Positions 1-12,699 of a stretch of 64,000 nucleotides of DNA are shown piece after piece. Origin of the DNA: Nageia nagi (lineage: Eukaryota > Plantae > Pinophyta); assembly GCA_050084985.1 (NCBI GenBank), contig JBITNC010000001.1, positions 67,332,001 through 67,396,000 on the forward strand. Reading direction: 5' to 3'. The notes under the pieces are model-generated. The model worked only from the letters and a program-made list of their open reading frames with translations. It searched no databases and was not told the origin of the DNA. The position numbers and the translations under genes are program-made. How positions within the stretch are numbered: position 1 is the first letter of the stretch; every line of letters begins with the position of its first letter.

Positions 1-2610
1 CTATGTTGTTAGTAGTGAGGTAGGGAAAGGTTAGATAAATATATTTCACTAATAAAGCTTGTAATAACCTATTAGATCTCTCATCCAAATACTCCCACCA
101 TTTATGTTGGGCTATTACTGTTTCAAATAGAATTTCAAAATAACTAGAAGAAATTGATCAAGGGTCTCACTTTGCATATGCATCATATAGTGTTTGGTTG
201 TTAATCCATCAAAATTCAAGATTATTCAAAAAGTTTACCTTAATTAAGCATGAAAGAGATGGTTCCCTTAGGTATATGGATAAATGGATTTAGGAAGTAA
301 GGTCATCGACCAATTACTATGGCTTTGTGGAAAATTTCTTAGTCCCGACCATGAGTCTATTTGCTCCTAAAATTCCAAGGCTATCAGAAGCATCCAAATT
401 GTATCTTCAGATGCCTCATGGTGAGATTGGGGATTGGTTATTTTTTGAATAGGGAACATTCATTATACTTTATGGTTTTACTGGTGCCCCTTTCTTATTA
501 CCTATACATGTCATCAACTAGATCTTTAGTATGGAGTATGGAAGGCAAATAGACTATGTAGATGCAAAATACAGAGCTGCAACTAAGAAGAGATTGGTTT
601 ATGCTTTGCCTCACAAGGTGCATGGATTAGTACTTTAAAGTAGAGGAGTTGGCAACAAATGATGGAGAAGAAACTCAGTTTGAAATTGAAAAGGATCAAT
701 CAATATAGGTTATACGATCTTGAAGACATGTTTGGTAAAAGGTTGGAAAATTAGCCGAATCCTCCTAGCTTTAAAGTAAAAGCTCAAGTAGAGTTAGATA
801 AATGGAGAAGTATGGGAGAGAAATATAAACTAATGCCTATGTATTTGATTGCTAAAGATATGCTACCATTATGGATGAGTTTTTATGAAAAGAAGGTAGA
901 TTTTAATCCAGGGATAGATTCAATTCCAAAAAAATCTTTGGCCACATTAAGAAGGCTTAAGTGGAGTGAGGAGAAAATCATTGCATTTAACCAATACCAA
1001 ATTAAATTGGGGAATAAATTCACTCCTCTTGAGTTTTATCTCAATGATGTGTTCAAAGATATGTGGAATATGGAACACACTTTAGATGACCCTATTGAAG
1101 AGTATCTTGAAAGTGATGATGATGAAGAAGAAGAAGATCAACCAAAAGCCCAAAGGATTAGCCGAAAAGAACAAGCTGGAGAAGAGGTTAGAGAGGCTAC
1201 CTTCCAAGCTATACATGAGACACCAACATAATCCTCTCAATCCTCTCACTAACATAATCACTAACATAATCACTATACCATAATCACCCCACCATCACCA
1301 CCACCACCATTCCTAGTAAATCCCATCAATAGCAACGGCCCAAGTCCCAGCCAAGCCATTCTTACAACACTAGCAAAATAAGTTTTGGCCTCCTTCTCCA
1401 AAGATTTGGGTGTTAGTTCTTTGTTCAGCACTATATATAGGTAGTAGGTGTCTATTGATGGTATTATGCAATAATACCAATAAATAAAGAGCAACCAAGA
1501 AGAATGGATGCAAAGGCAATTGAAGAAAATCCCAATGCTAGATAATCTAGTAAGGATCTAAACTTCTATAGATTCAAAAAATAAAGTGCTAGAGATGGCT
1601 ATAGCCAAATATCTCTAGGAAGGGCATAGTGACTTAACTTCCATGAACACTCAGAAAGCATTACCTAGAGTGACAAGAATGAGCTGTTACAAATTGTTGT
1701 AGACTTGAATATATTAGAGTTGACCAAGTTGGAAGCCAAGTATAACAAGCTTCAAAAAGCTCATGATGCAAAAAAGAAGTAGCTAGTTACATAAAGTATC
1801 AAGCAAAAAGCTACTAATAATAGCCATAAGGATGGAAAAAGTTGCATCAAAATATTCAATCATTGATAGTCTAAATGCCAATATAGCTCAATTACAATAG
1901 AGCATGAGTGAGTACAAAATGGATAGAGATTTCTTGTTAACCATAAAGGCAAAATTTTGGGAATGAAGGTTCCAAGAAATCAAGGACCTGATTCATCTTA
2001 GGGATCATGTGGAAATGTGTTTGTTAGAACTGAAATAGCTTGAAGTAGATGTTAGTAGGAGTGAGGGTATCCTCTTTCCTATACTAGAGGAATCCAAGAG
2101 GGAAAATAAGAAACTGAATAAAATTTCCAATGAAGGTTTACAAGCTCTAAATATTAGAGATCGAGTTGAACTCATGGTAGTAATCAATTACCTTGTGTGA
2201 GGAAAATGAATCTATCATGAGATCAAAAATAGTGTTTTAAATCAAGTGCAAGGAATAGAGACTCTAAAGGTAGAGTTGCAAAAGTTATCAACATTGGGAG
2301 TCCTAGAATTATGGAGGATTGATGACTTGCTAATCCCAAAATTAGAACTCTTAGAGAATATTCAAAAAATTAGTAAGCAAGCTGATGATGTGGAAGTACT
2401 GTTATCTTCTTTTGATGAGGTAAACTAGTTAAAACTCTTTGATTCTTGGCACAAGTTGGGGTTAGTTTATGTTAATTGTTATAAAAACATGGGAAAATGT
2501 CTTATGAAGTTTTAAACACTATAGCTTTAGCTTAGTCAAGGTTAAAAGACTTCTTTGGAACACACATGAATTGGAGAAAGGTTCAACAGTTCCTAAATTT
2601 ACAAAATTGA
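1..2610 (+). pseudogene. Decayed accessory (non gag-pol) ORF of an LTR retrotransposon: conserved N-terminal domain, acidic/Pro-rich linker, coiled-coil C-terminus
   Basis: Across frameshifts, ~410-620 reads GDWLFFE*GTFIILYGFTGAPFLLPIHVIN*IFSMEYGRQIDYVD. ORF 812-1231 ends in an acidic tract (ESDDDEEEED), followed by a ccacca Pro-rich run (~1290) and K/E/L-rich coiled-coil-like sequence (1500-2430). It resembles extra ORFs of gymnosperm gypsy elements, from recollection only. Confidence 0.5.
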
Positions 2611-2699
2611 AGCTTGGTCCATCTCCCTTTTTAAAGTTTTATGTTTGTTCCAAAATATCTTATATGAAAAACAAAATTTTCTCATAAATATCACCAAAA

Positions 2700-4360
2700 T
2701 GTATATACATACATAGCCCAACACTCTAGTGGCTTCCCAGCATGTATTATCCTTACTTTTCTAAAAGAAGAGTGTTTCAGCAAGCTTTTGGATAGTTTTG
2801 ATGAGAGAATGCACTAATTATAGCAATTTTTGGAACATGAGAAGGGAGTGATGTCATCAGAGTAGAGGCTTATCTAAAATTGGACCTCAAGAGTAGTGAT
2901 GTTAGTAAGTAGTGTTAAAAGTTCCATGGAAACTAAGTGTTTTAGGGCATAAAAGAGCAATGATGTTAGCATAGTAGAAGGTCATCTAAAATGGGACCCT
3001 GGGAGCAATGATGTCAACAAGTAGTGTTAAAAGTTCCATGGAGTCTAAGTGTTCAAGGGTATAAAAGGAAGTGATGTTAGCAGAGTAGAGGCTCATCTAA
3101 AATTGGACCTCATGATCAATGATGTTAGCAAGTAGTGTTAAAAGTTCCATGGTAGCTAAGTGTTTCAAGAATAAAAAGGGAGTGATGTCAGAAGAATAGA
3201 GACTCATATAAAACTAGACCCTAGAAGCAGTGATGTTAGCTAGTAGCGTTAAAAGTTCTTCCATGGCTAAGTTAGTTGATTCTAAAGCATAAAAGAATGT
3301 AATGTCAATGAAGTAAAGTGAATCCCATTTTGGCCAAAAGAATGGGTCCAAAGAAGGATGACATCATGAGTAAGACTAAAATCTCCCAAAGATATTTGCT
3401 TCACCTTACAAAGGCATAAAAAGGAAGTGATGTCAACAAAAATAAAAAGAACTTTCAAATTAGAATGTCTAAAAACTAATAATTTTAGATGTAACAAAAG
3501 GAATCTTTGTCCAAGTAAAACTTCACCAAATAACTTTGAAACATGTGCCGAAGATCGAGAAGGCTTCGAACAACCACTAAAAGATGAAGGGACTTTGGAA
3601 TCACCATAGTTAGTTAGAGAACCTTTTGTAATTATAATACAAGTTCAAATAGAATCCAAGAAGCATTCCCATCACAATTTAGAGTCAGTTATAGTTTTAG
3701 ACCTTTCAATTTTTAGAAATAAAATGGCATGTGGCAGGGATAATTAGTTGTTTATTAAAATAAGCTCAAAATATTTGGGCCATTTTGTAACTATTTTGTT
3801 TCAATATTTTCATAACCACTCTACCCTAGTATAAATTTAGTCAAAGATAGGAAAAAAGGGTCAAAATACCTAGTATTACCCTTTGTATTTATTTTTGAAT
3901 ACCTTTTGTTCTATCAGTTATACAATGCCATCTTGACCTTTCTTATCCAACAGTTGGTGTTATTATTTTTAATTTGGTTATATTATGGCAAGTAATGGAT
4001 ATTTTCTAAATTATAACAACAAGTTGTTTGTATAACTATGTCTACTTATATGGAAGAGTTAAGCTAAAGAATAATTTAGAGAATGAAAGCTTACATCGTG
4101 GCTGCTACACTAAATTCTTGCCAAGGTTTCATGCTATGTGAAAGCATATGCTAAACTAGTGATTTACCCCTTTTTCTTTACTCTTTCTCCCTATCTCTTT
4201 GTTTTTATTTCTTACACTCTATAATCTTTCATTTCTTTCCTATTGTTTGCTCTTTTCATTTGCACCTAATGGATAAGGAATCGGCCTACTCTGGATATCA
4301 AGTTACTATGTTAGCCTATTCATGATATACTTTGGTTGAATCGCCCAAGAGTGTATATAT
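2700..4360. mobile_element. Putative LTR (~1.66 kb) of the preceding element
   Basis: Starts TGTATATAC at 2700, with a degenerate inverted end gtgtatatat at ~4351-4360. Contains a tandem array and a TATA-like tataaat at ~3830. No second copy lies in the window. Confidence 0.35.
2840..3310. repeat. Tandem array of about four 111-112 bp units
   Basis: The motif GTAGTGTTAAAAGTTCCATGG (variant in the last unit) recurs at 2909, 3021, 3132 and 3243. Each unit has two GTGATGTTAGCA-like sub-repeats. Confidence 0.9.
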
Positions 4361-4394
4361 TGGTCAATTTATATCAATATCTCCCAAGATTAAT

Positions 4395-4609
4395 GAATAA
4401 TGGGACTTATTTTTTACTAAAATAATATTATGAACTAGATTTAAAATGATATAGAACATGTTATACCAAAAACATTACCTAACTAAAGGCAAACAATTCA
4501 CATTAAGAAAATTTACATATTTTATTACTTCATGGTATAACCTCGATATTACAATTATGAATGTCCTAATTTGTTTCTTTGTTGGAAAGTATTTTACCAA
4601 TTTAAATAT
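4395..4609 (+). mobile_element. Short LINE-related fragment, apparently cut by the Tat element
   Basis: tgggacttattttttactaaaataatattatgaactagatttaaaatgata (4401) matches tgggatttattttttactaaaataagattgtgaactagatttaaaacgata (41621) in the 3' part of the plus-strand LINE. Confidence 0.45.
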
Positions 4610-5382
4610 TATACACCCCATTTTTGGGCTATTATAGAGTCTCTAATGATCAATATGATTTTCTAGCATCTAGATTTGATCACTAGCATCTGATGGTAGT
4701 CTTTGGCATTTCTACAACTTAGGCTAGTTTGATTGATTTTATCACTTATCTCTTTCACTGTAATCCCTCCTCTAAATTCTTGATGGTTTCTAGTTTAATG
4801 TACCTCCTTTTTTTCAATCTTTATTACTTATGGACCCTACACACATACTGAAATAGTACATCAAACATGCCCATTCTCAAACACATACATTGTATAACAT
4901 AAACTAGGATATAATAACATAAAATGAAGTAACAACTCTCATAGCATTCCTACCAACATCTCTGTAGCATAAGTCTATTTCATATTTTTGGTCTCTTTAT
5001 TCTTTCTTAACACTCATATTTATAGATTTTCAAACTTTGTAAAGCTCTATCCTTGGAAGGCTAAGATTGTGGGTTCAAAGCTTATCACAACCTAAAATAG
5101 GCTTATGAATTTGCATTCAAAATAGGCAAGGATGATGACTCACCCTTTTATCCACAATTTCAAGGAGAATATGAACTTCACAATTCACTCTCTTTTTTTT
5201 GGATTTTCTACTTGCAGATTCATTGGTGATTGAGATTGGACACCAATGATTGGGAGACATCACCAACAAACAAGAGACGACCACTAGCAATTTTTATTAA
5301 ATTAGGGTTTTTCACTTTAATCTTTATTTTTAATCCTTTTTTCATTTGAATTTCAAATGAGGGTCATTTTGAGGTGTCTAAA
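4610..5382 (-). repeat. Putative 3' LTR of the Tat element
   Basis: Degenerate inverted termini tatacacccc (4610) and gaggtgtctaaa (to 5382), with the polypurine tract immediately adjacent. The canonical TG..CA is mutated at both ends. Confidence 0.5.
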
Positions 5383-5397
5383 TTTTTCCCCTTTTTG
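5383..5397 (-). promoter_or_regulatory. Polypurine tract (PPT)
   Basis: The minus strand reads AAAAAGGGGAAAAA directly before T(T)TAGACACCTC, the start of the putative LTR. Confidence 0.55.
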
Positions 5398-6789
5398 AAT
5401 TATCTTCTTTTAGTAGTAAGTGATATTTCAAAAATTTATGTGGGTATGTTCAAGTTCCTTAACTTGGATAATTGACTCTAGGATTGATGTTTAAAATTGA
5501 TCTAGTCTCCCTTGTAAACTAAACTTTGATTAATTGAATCATGATAAAAATGTATTCATCTTGTGCTCTTGATGCATTTTAAAAACAATTTTGGGCATTT
5601 ACCAAATCATTACTTGTGTGGACCTTCCATACTCCAATCTTGTATGGTAGTTGCATGATGATTCTTCTTGTCATAATTTTGCATATCTAAACGAGAATGC
5701 ATTGTTAAAGCATGGCTTTGTGTATACAAATTAATTTTTAATAGTACTATATTTTAATCTGACAATAAGGTTTCATGGTAATCTGGCATAACAAATTATT
5801 TCATTTTATATTAAGTTCAATTTTTTAAAAATTGAAGTATTTTGAGAGCCTTAATCTCTTTTATTTATGTTACTTTGAGTAAGTTGTTAAACCAAGGGCT
5901 TGTTTTTTGGTGTAGACATATTATCTTTGTGGTTGTAGATTTTGAACCTTTATGGACCTTATTGATATTGAGCTGAGAGAAGGGCTATATATATTATCCT
6001 ATTAATGATATGATATTTGTAATATCAGGAAGAAGACTCATAATATAGGATGAGCTTACCTTTATTTAAATGATAACTCATTTGAAATTTAAAATAAGGA
6101 AATTCTTGATTCTTGATTTTTAATTTTTGATTTTTTGTATGTTTAATATTTTTAATTAATTTTGAAGGTCGCTAACATCTAACTTGAATTACTAGAGATC
6201 AGTTTGGGTTGCTAGCATTCAAACCTAGGTCACTAGCATTCGATTACATGGAAAAGTAAAAAGAAAAAGCTTAGCTATCACTTTATAATTTTTCTTTTGC
6301 ATTTGCTAAAGATCTATCGCTTCTTGTCCCCACATTCTTGTGTTTGACTATTCCTATACCTTTACCATCATTCTTATGGTCCAGGATGTTGCTTAGGAGA
6401 TGATAAATCCATTGAATGAGTCCGATTAGGGAAGTGGTAGGGTTTTAAAACCCCCTTTTTATTTTTGTGTTTGTTTATCTAGTTTTACTTTATATTTTAA
6501 GAAAATAAAATCGTAAAGTGATTTTATTTTATTTTTTTGATATTTGTAACCTTTTAGAATTTTAAATTAGACCTTATTTTTATGATTTTGAGTTTTTTCC
6601 AAAACCTTAACTATGATCATTGACCAAGGCTGAAAGTTAATAGAAATGCTAGTGTTCAACAATGAACGTCGATGACCAACCTAGGTCGCCAAAATTTTGA
6701 ATTTTTTTTAGCTTAGCTATAGTTACATTTTTTTGGTTTTAGAGGTGTTTGATCCATGAGGGCAATATCTAACCATTCTTTAGAAAGGT

Positions 6790-7330
6790 TGGGATTTATT
6801 TTCCAATGTAGATCATGCCTTTTTTGAGGTAGTTGGTTTTGGAGCAGGACCTTATATGGTTCGTATTCATTGGAAGTACCCCTCCTAAAAGCTTTTCTAT
6901 AGAGGTAGAATTCTACCACTACTACTTTTCATCTTTTGATAGGGGAGATGACTATTATAGTGTAGGACATCCATCATATTTATTACTTTCCCATTTAGTG
7001 GATAAGATTCGGTGCATTCAGCTATCATGTATCTATACAAGGAGGAGAGTGTTGAGAATGTATTTGCAAACAATCATTCAAGAGGTATATCTTATTATCA
7101 CTTCTAGAGAAACAATCATTAGGGGATTATTAGGCCTTCTTACTTGATAGGCATGATACAATGTTATGCCCTTCCAGATATAAGCAATGGAAGGTTTCCT
7201 TGGTCTTTGTTACCTATTTTTGTTGACATGATCCAACTTGGTACAATATATGCATGGGCTCCCACCTTATTAGCCTAGATTTATAGGGAGATCTTCTTTT
7301 AATCCTAGGGTCATAGATTTTCATTATTTA
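6790..7330 (+). pseudogene. Plant mobile domain (PMD, PF10536-like) ORF, antisense to pol
   Basis: Translation gives LLKAFL*R*NSTTTTFHLLIGEMTIIV*DIHHIYYFPFSG (cf. PMD ERWxxETHTFHLPxGEMTITLEDV) and YAWAPTLLA*IYREI (cf. YSWGSAVLAxLYREL). Confidence 0.8.
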
Positions 7331-7413
7331 TTGAAAGTACAATCAAGTATTAGTCTAGGATCTAACATAGGCCACTATAGATATAACAAGTTTATCTTAT
7401 CAACTTAAGTGCA

Positions 7414-7704
7414 TTAATGCCAATAAATCAAGTAATACAAAACCTTATCTATATGAATTTCAAGATTACCTTCATTGATATATACTTTCCATCCATCATA
7501 TCTATCTGATTGGAATTTCAAGGCTAGGATTCTTTGTATGTCAATAGGTAGATGAAGGAAATTTTTAGAATCTAAGGTAGTGTGTTGTGATAATCTAACA
7601 ATGGATCTATCCCCTAGGTATCTTGGTTTCTCAAACCAAGGTATTTTTTGTATTCCTCTTTTGTTGATCACTAAGTGACCACTCTTTCTCCTTTTGGATG
7701 CCAT
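7414..7704 (-). CDS. 96-aa ORF of unknown function just downstream of integrase
   Basis: Open ATG-to-stop ORF (MASKRRKSGHL...), in the sense direction of pol and ~100 bp after the integrase stop. No recognisable domain. Confidence 0.3.
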   Translation of the reverse strand: MASKRRKSGHLVINKRGIQKIPWFEKPRYLGDRSIVRLSQHTTLDSKNFLHLPIDIQRILALKFQSDRYDGWKVYINEGNLEIHIDKVLYYLIYWH

Positions 7705-7799
7705 CTCTTAAATGCATTGATATGTGTGAGTTTTTTTATATAAAATAATTTATATTCAAATAAAACTTATTCACATTATGTACAATAAGAAAAAATATA

Positions 7800-8960
7800 T
7801 CTAACTATAGAAAGGGTGAAGATGCATTATATTTTTGGGATCATACTCATCATTTCCTTCAATATCAGCTAAGTGATAGGCTCCGGAACCAAATTTCTTC
7901 TTAATGATATAGGATCTAACTAATTAGGGGTGAATTTATTATGAAGTTCACATTCCATACATGATATTTATTGATTTTCTTTTAGTACTAAGTTCTGTAT
8001 ACTGAACTTACAAATCTTAGATTTTTTTAAGAGTTGTAATTGATATAATGTGCCTCAATGAGCTGCTTCATCCATTATATAGTCTTGTAATGCAATTAAT
8101 AGAGAAGGGATATCAATTTCCAATGGTAGTACTACTTCTAAACCAAAAATAAAAAATGGGGTTTCCCCAGTAGGAGTTAAAATACTCATATGATATGCCC
8201 ATAGAGCATGTGGAATTCGAAGATGCCAATATCTATGTGAATCATTTACTATTTTCACTTGTATATTCATAATGGTTTTATTTGTTGCTTTAGCTTGACC
8301 ATTCCCTTATGGATAATATGGTGTAGAGAAGCTGATTCTGATATGATATCCCTTGCATAATGCCAACACTTCCTTATTTTTAAAATTCTTCCCATTATCT
8401 ATGACAATTTGAGTAGGAATACCAAAATGACAAGTAAGGTGATGTTCTATGAATTCTTCTATTTTAGGACCTTTAATGGAGATCATAGGGATATCCTAAA
8501 CCTATATTGTGAAATATTCTATAGATGTAATTATGAAATTGTGTCCCCTTGATGAAGTGGGAGATATTTTTCCTATGAGATCTAGTGCCCATCATGAAAA
8601 TGGTCATAGCAATTGCATTGGTTGTAAAGCTTCTAATTATTGAATAAAAATATGAGCATGTTTTTGGCATTTAAAACATTTCTTAACTTACTTTACATAA
8701 TCACATTCCATCATAGGCCAATTATATCTCATGCGCATTAAACATTTTATAATAGTTGGACCATTAAAATGTCCTACAAATATTTCATCTGGTGTATAGG
8801 AGATTGCAATATGAGAGTCTACCCATTCTAAGCATATAAGTAATATACCATCAAAACCTCTTCAATATAATATATATCCTAACATGCAATAATGAAAGGC
8901 TCTTAATTTAAATGTTATTATAGCTAATTTAGTTAATTCCTTAGGTAAAACACCATCTCT
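7800..8960 (-). pseudogene. Integrase (zinc-binding, rve core, GPY/F-like tail)
   Basis: Motifs: WHLRIPHALWAY, TPTGETPF..FGLEVVLPLEI, FSTPYYP*GNGQAKATNKTI, FGIPTQIVIDNGKNF, LDPYIIKKKFGSGAYHL. Confidence 0.9.
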
Positions 8961-9109
8961 CAAGAATTTAACTAGTTGATCATGCCATAAATTTTTACCT
9001 TTTATTGTAATATCTAGGACTTCATATGCTTCATCATCTATATATCCAAAGTAAACTCCATTATTTATATTTCTTTTATATGAATAGTACATCGATGAGG
9101 ATCTTAAGG

Positions 9110-9500
9110 TGTTAAGGATCCAATCACTGCCATGGCATCAAAAAACCTATTAGTTTATCTAGGGGTTGTCTTTATTTCATATTTTTTGAATGAACATAAT
9201 AGGGTCTCTACTACCTACTTATATTTTTTAAGAAAAGGTTCCTTACATTAGAATATACCTTTAATTTGATTGACTATTAATAATGAATCTCCAATGAATG
9301 TTACTTGTCTTATTTTCAACTTTAAAGCAATTTTGATAGCTAGAATCAGATCTTCATATTCGACATTATTGTTAGTACATTAAAAATCTAACTTAAAATA
9401 ATATGGGATAAGTATGCCTTATGGAGTAATAAAAAATACATCAGTGCTTTTGCTTTGTTCACATCAAAACCTATCAAATTAAATCATCATATCCCATTCA
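9110..9500 (-). pseudogene. Additional (archaeal-type) RNase H domain
   Basis: FD..C...STDVFFITP, KLDF*CTNNVEYEDLILAIKIA and IGDSLLIVNQIKG correspond to the CTNNxAEYEAL and GDSxLV motifs. Confidence 0.8.
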
Positions 9501-9539
9501 TCCTCTAATTTAACATGAATTTCTACTTTATCTAGCTAA

Positions 9540-10990
9540 AAAACATGTTCATTAAGTAACTCAATAACAAGAGGTTTATCATCTTGTAGAGGTACTTCTA
9601 CAAGATAATTAGCTACGAATTGACCCTTGATCGATTTATAACTTGCAAATTGCAAATCAAACTTAGTTAAATGCATAATCCACTTAGATGTTCTAGTATT
9701 TTGATAAGTTTTATTCATCATTTATTTGAGTGGATCTACTTTTGCAATCACATAAATAGTATGATTAAGCATGTAATGTATAAGCTTTTTTGTTCCAAAA
9801 AAAAATTGCTAAACATAAATTTTCCATATATACTTACCTTAGTTCATAATCTACTAAGGTTTGACTAAGATAGTATATATCTTGTTCTTTATTATTCTCA
9901 TTATTTTGAGCAAGCATAGTACCTAAAGCTATTTCAGTGTCTCATGAATATAATAAAAATGGTTCTCCTTCCCTTGGAGGGATCAAAACTAATGGTGACA
10001 ATAGATAACATTTTATTTATTCAAATGATTCTTGTTGTTCCATGCCCCATTGGAAAATGATTCCCTTTTTTGACAATCTATTAAAGGGTTTGCATTTATC
10101 CAATAATTGTGAAATAAAATGCCTTATCCGTTGTAACTTTCCTTGCCAAATTTGTAATTGTTTGATATTCAAAGGAGGAGATGTATTTCCTATAGACTTT
10201 ATTTTATTAGGTTCTACCTCAATTCCTCATCTTGATATGATAAATCCTATCAACTTATTAGAGGTTACTCCAAATACACACTTTTTTGGATTTAACTTGA
10301 TATTGTATTCCAATAATCTATCAAAAATTTTTATTAGGATGTCAGAATGTTGTTCCCTAGTTTTAGATTTAGTAAACAAATTATCCACATATTCTTCCAT
10401 AATATCATTCATATAGTTATGAAAAATATATTTCATTGCTCTTTGATAAGTTTCCCCAACATTTTCAAATCAAAGGACATCACTTTGTAGCAAAAGGTTC
10501 CCCAAGGTGTTATAAATGTTGTTTTATGTTGATATTTGTATCCAAAGAGCCCATCCATGAGTGAAAGCATTTCATATCCAGCCATGGCATCAATCAAATT
10601 ATTGATATTTAGAAGTGGAAAATCATCTTTTAGACATGCTTTATTTAAATCTATGGAGTTTAGGAAGATATGAATCTTACAATTAGGCTTTTTTACCAAA
10701 ATAATATTGTAAGTCTAATATGAATAGTCAATAGGTTGAATAAAATTTGCCTCCAATAGCTTTTGCAACTCTTCTTTTACTATCAAAGCTATTGTAGGGT
10801 GCATCTTTCATAGTTTTTGCTTAACTAGTTTTACATATTCTTTGAGGCCTAAATTATGTATGACTAAGTTTGTATCTATGCTAGGAATATCTTCATATGA
10901 CCATGCAAATATATTCTATTTTTATTTAAGAATAGATATAAACACCTTTCTTTCTTCTTCAGTCAAGGAGTTTCCTAATTGAACAATACT
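9540..10990 (-). pseudogene. Reverse transcriptase and RNase H of the Tat element
   Basis: Motifs: DLNKACLKDDFPL, LSLMDGLFGY, KTTFITPWGTFCYKVMSF, EEYVDNL, LNPKKCVFGVTSNKLIGF, KWIMHLTKFDL, SIKGQFVANYL (ORFs 10433-10699, 10227-10436, 9536-9721). Confidence 0.95.
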
Positions 10991-12169
10991 AGATTTGTTA
11001 GGATCATCACTCAAATCTACATTGATAGTTTTTTTTAAATCTAGTTGTCTAGGTATAGGAATCTAATTTCTTATCACTTAAATCGTATTATTTAGCTTAT
11101 CCAATGTTTTGTTTAGTCAAGGTTGTATTTACCATAAGTTATTTTTTCTAACATATGATATCAATATCCTTGAATTCATGTATCATAGGATTTTATGAAA
11201 TGAGTGTGAAATCAATGGTATCTTCATATATCACAAAATTAGATATCTCTTTAATTTGAACCATGTTAACTAATATGGTATCACAAAATAGATGTCCATG
11301 TATTGATACCTCAGCTTTTGTATCATTATAATCAACTAACAATTGGTAAACATTATGTGACTCTTCATATACAATGTTCTTGGGTTTTAATTCAAGTACC
11401 CTTGTATTCGAGCTAGTTTTATTTTTTCCTTTATACCCTAATCCTATTTTATTTTTAGGCATTTGATAATAAATATCAATCATATACCTAGGTACTTGTT
11501 TGTATGAACCAAGACCACATTCTTTCCATTAACATCTAATACAATATAGTTGGAAAAATGATTGTACAAAAGGTGATAAACATTCTATTGAGTTACAAAA
11601 AGTACCTTTACTAGGTTTAGGCACAAGGATCAAAATAGGTTCATCAGTTCCTTTATATACAAAATAAAGTTTGCTTTGGTGCATATCCTAATGGCACTAA
11701 TTATCTTACCACATGGGATGCTTCATGAGGTCATCCAATTTCTTGAGTAGATGGGATATGAAAGATTACATAGTCAACATCATATTCCTCTATACTTAAG
11801 TCGGATAACTTAAAAATTATGAAATAACTATCCAATGATTCATTTTTCTAAATACCATTTTCTTGAGATGAAACATTTATCTAAACTAGACCTTTTGAGG
11901 AAGAAGCATTACTTAATTTTTTTAATGCTTGTGCTCATTCTTCCCAAGATTTATTTTCTTGCAAGGTTGCATTAATTTTGAAATGTAAACTTTTATCATC
12001 TTTTAAATGAGTATCAACTGATTTTGATTTATCAACAACTTATTTTTCCTTTACATTCTTTGAAAGAGTTTTACTCACATTATCTTCCAAAGCTTTATCT
12101 TTTGGTAGGTATTTCTTAAATAAGTGAGTAGAAGATAAGCTTATCCCATCAGGTACACCTTCTATGTTG

Positions 12170-12620
12170 CAATGTGAATATGGATTGTCATCTCTAGGTA
12201 CACAATGTACCACTCCAAGAAATTATTTTAGATAACTATGATATGTTGAAGGAAAGCATTACATATCCTTGGTCCATGGTTTTCCTAAGAGAATATTATA
12301 CTACATAATTTCACCCTCGATAACTTGTAATACTATTTGAATTATTTTCGAACCCACTGTAATGGGTACAGAGCTTGATCCTATAGTTGAACAAAGAGCA
12401 TCATTAAATATTTTCAATTAAAGAGTAGGTGCATTTATGTGCGAGAGGGAAATATTCATGTTTTAAATACAATTATTGAAATATTATTTATAGCAGATCT
12501 ATTATTGAAATATTATTTATAATAGATCCTTGTTTGATCAAAATTCTCTTAAATATTTTTTCATCAACATTGGTGATAATATGTAAGAGTGGATCAAGTC
12601 CTGATATCTCTTTCCAATAT
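12170..12620 (-). pseudogene. Aspartic protease (decayed)
   Basis: DPLLHIITNVDEKIFKRILIKQGS (LIDxGS-like), followed by YNSLRKTMDQ/LLGKPW-like sequence and PSTYH. Confidence 0.6.
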
Positions 12621-12699
12621 TTAACCTTGTGATCATAAAAGGTTATCGAAGGTTTTTAAATCATTTTGATATTTCCCAATAAAGTTGAAAAAAATTTAG

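Noticed and set aside
812-2430. Retroviral env gene
   Set aside because: No signal peptide or transmembrane segment is visible, and the sequence is hydrophilic and coiled-coil-like.
2840-3310. Repeat-spacer array
   Set aside because: The whole 111-bp unit is repeated, so the intervening parts are homologous rather than unique spacers.
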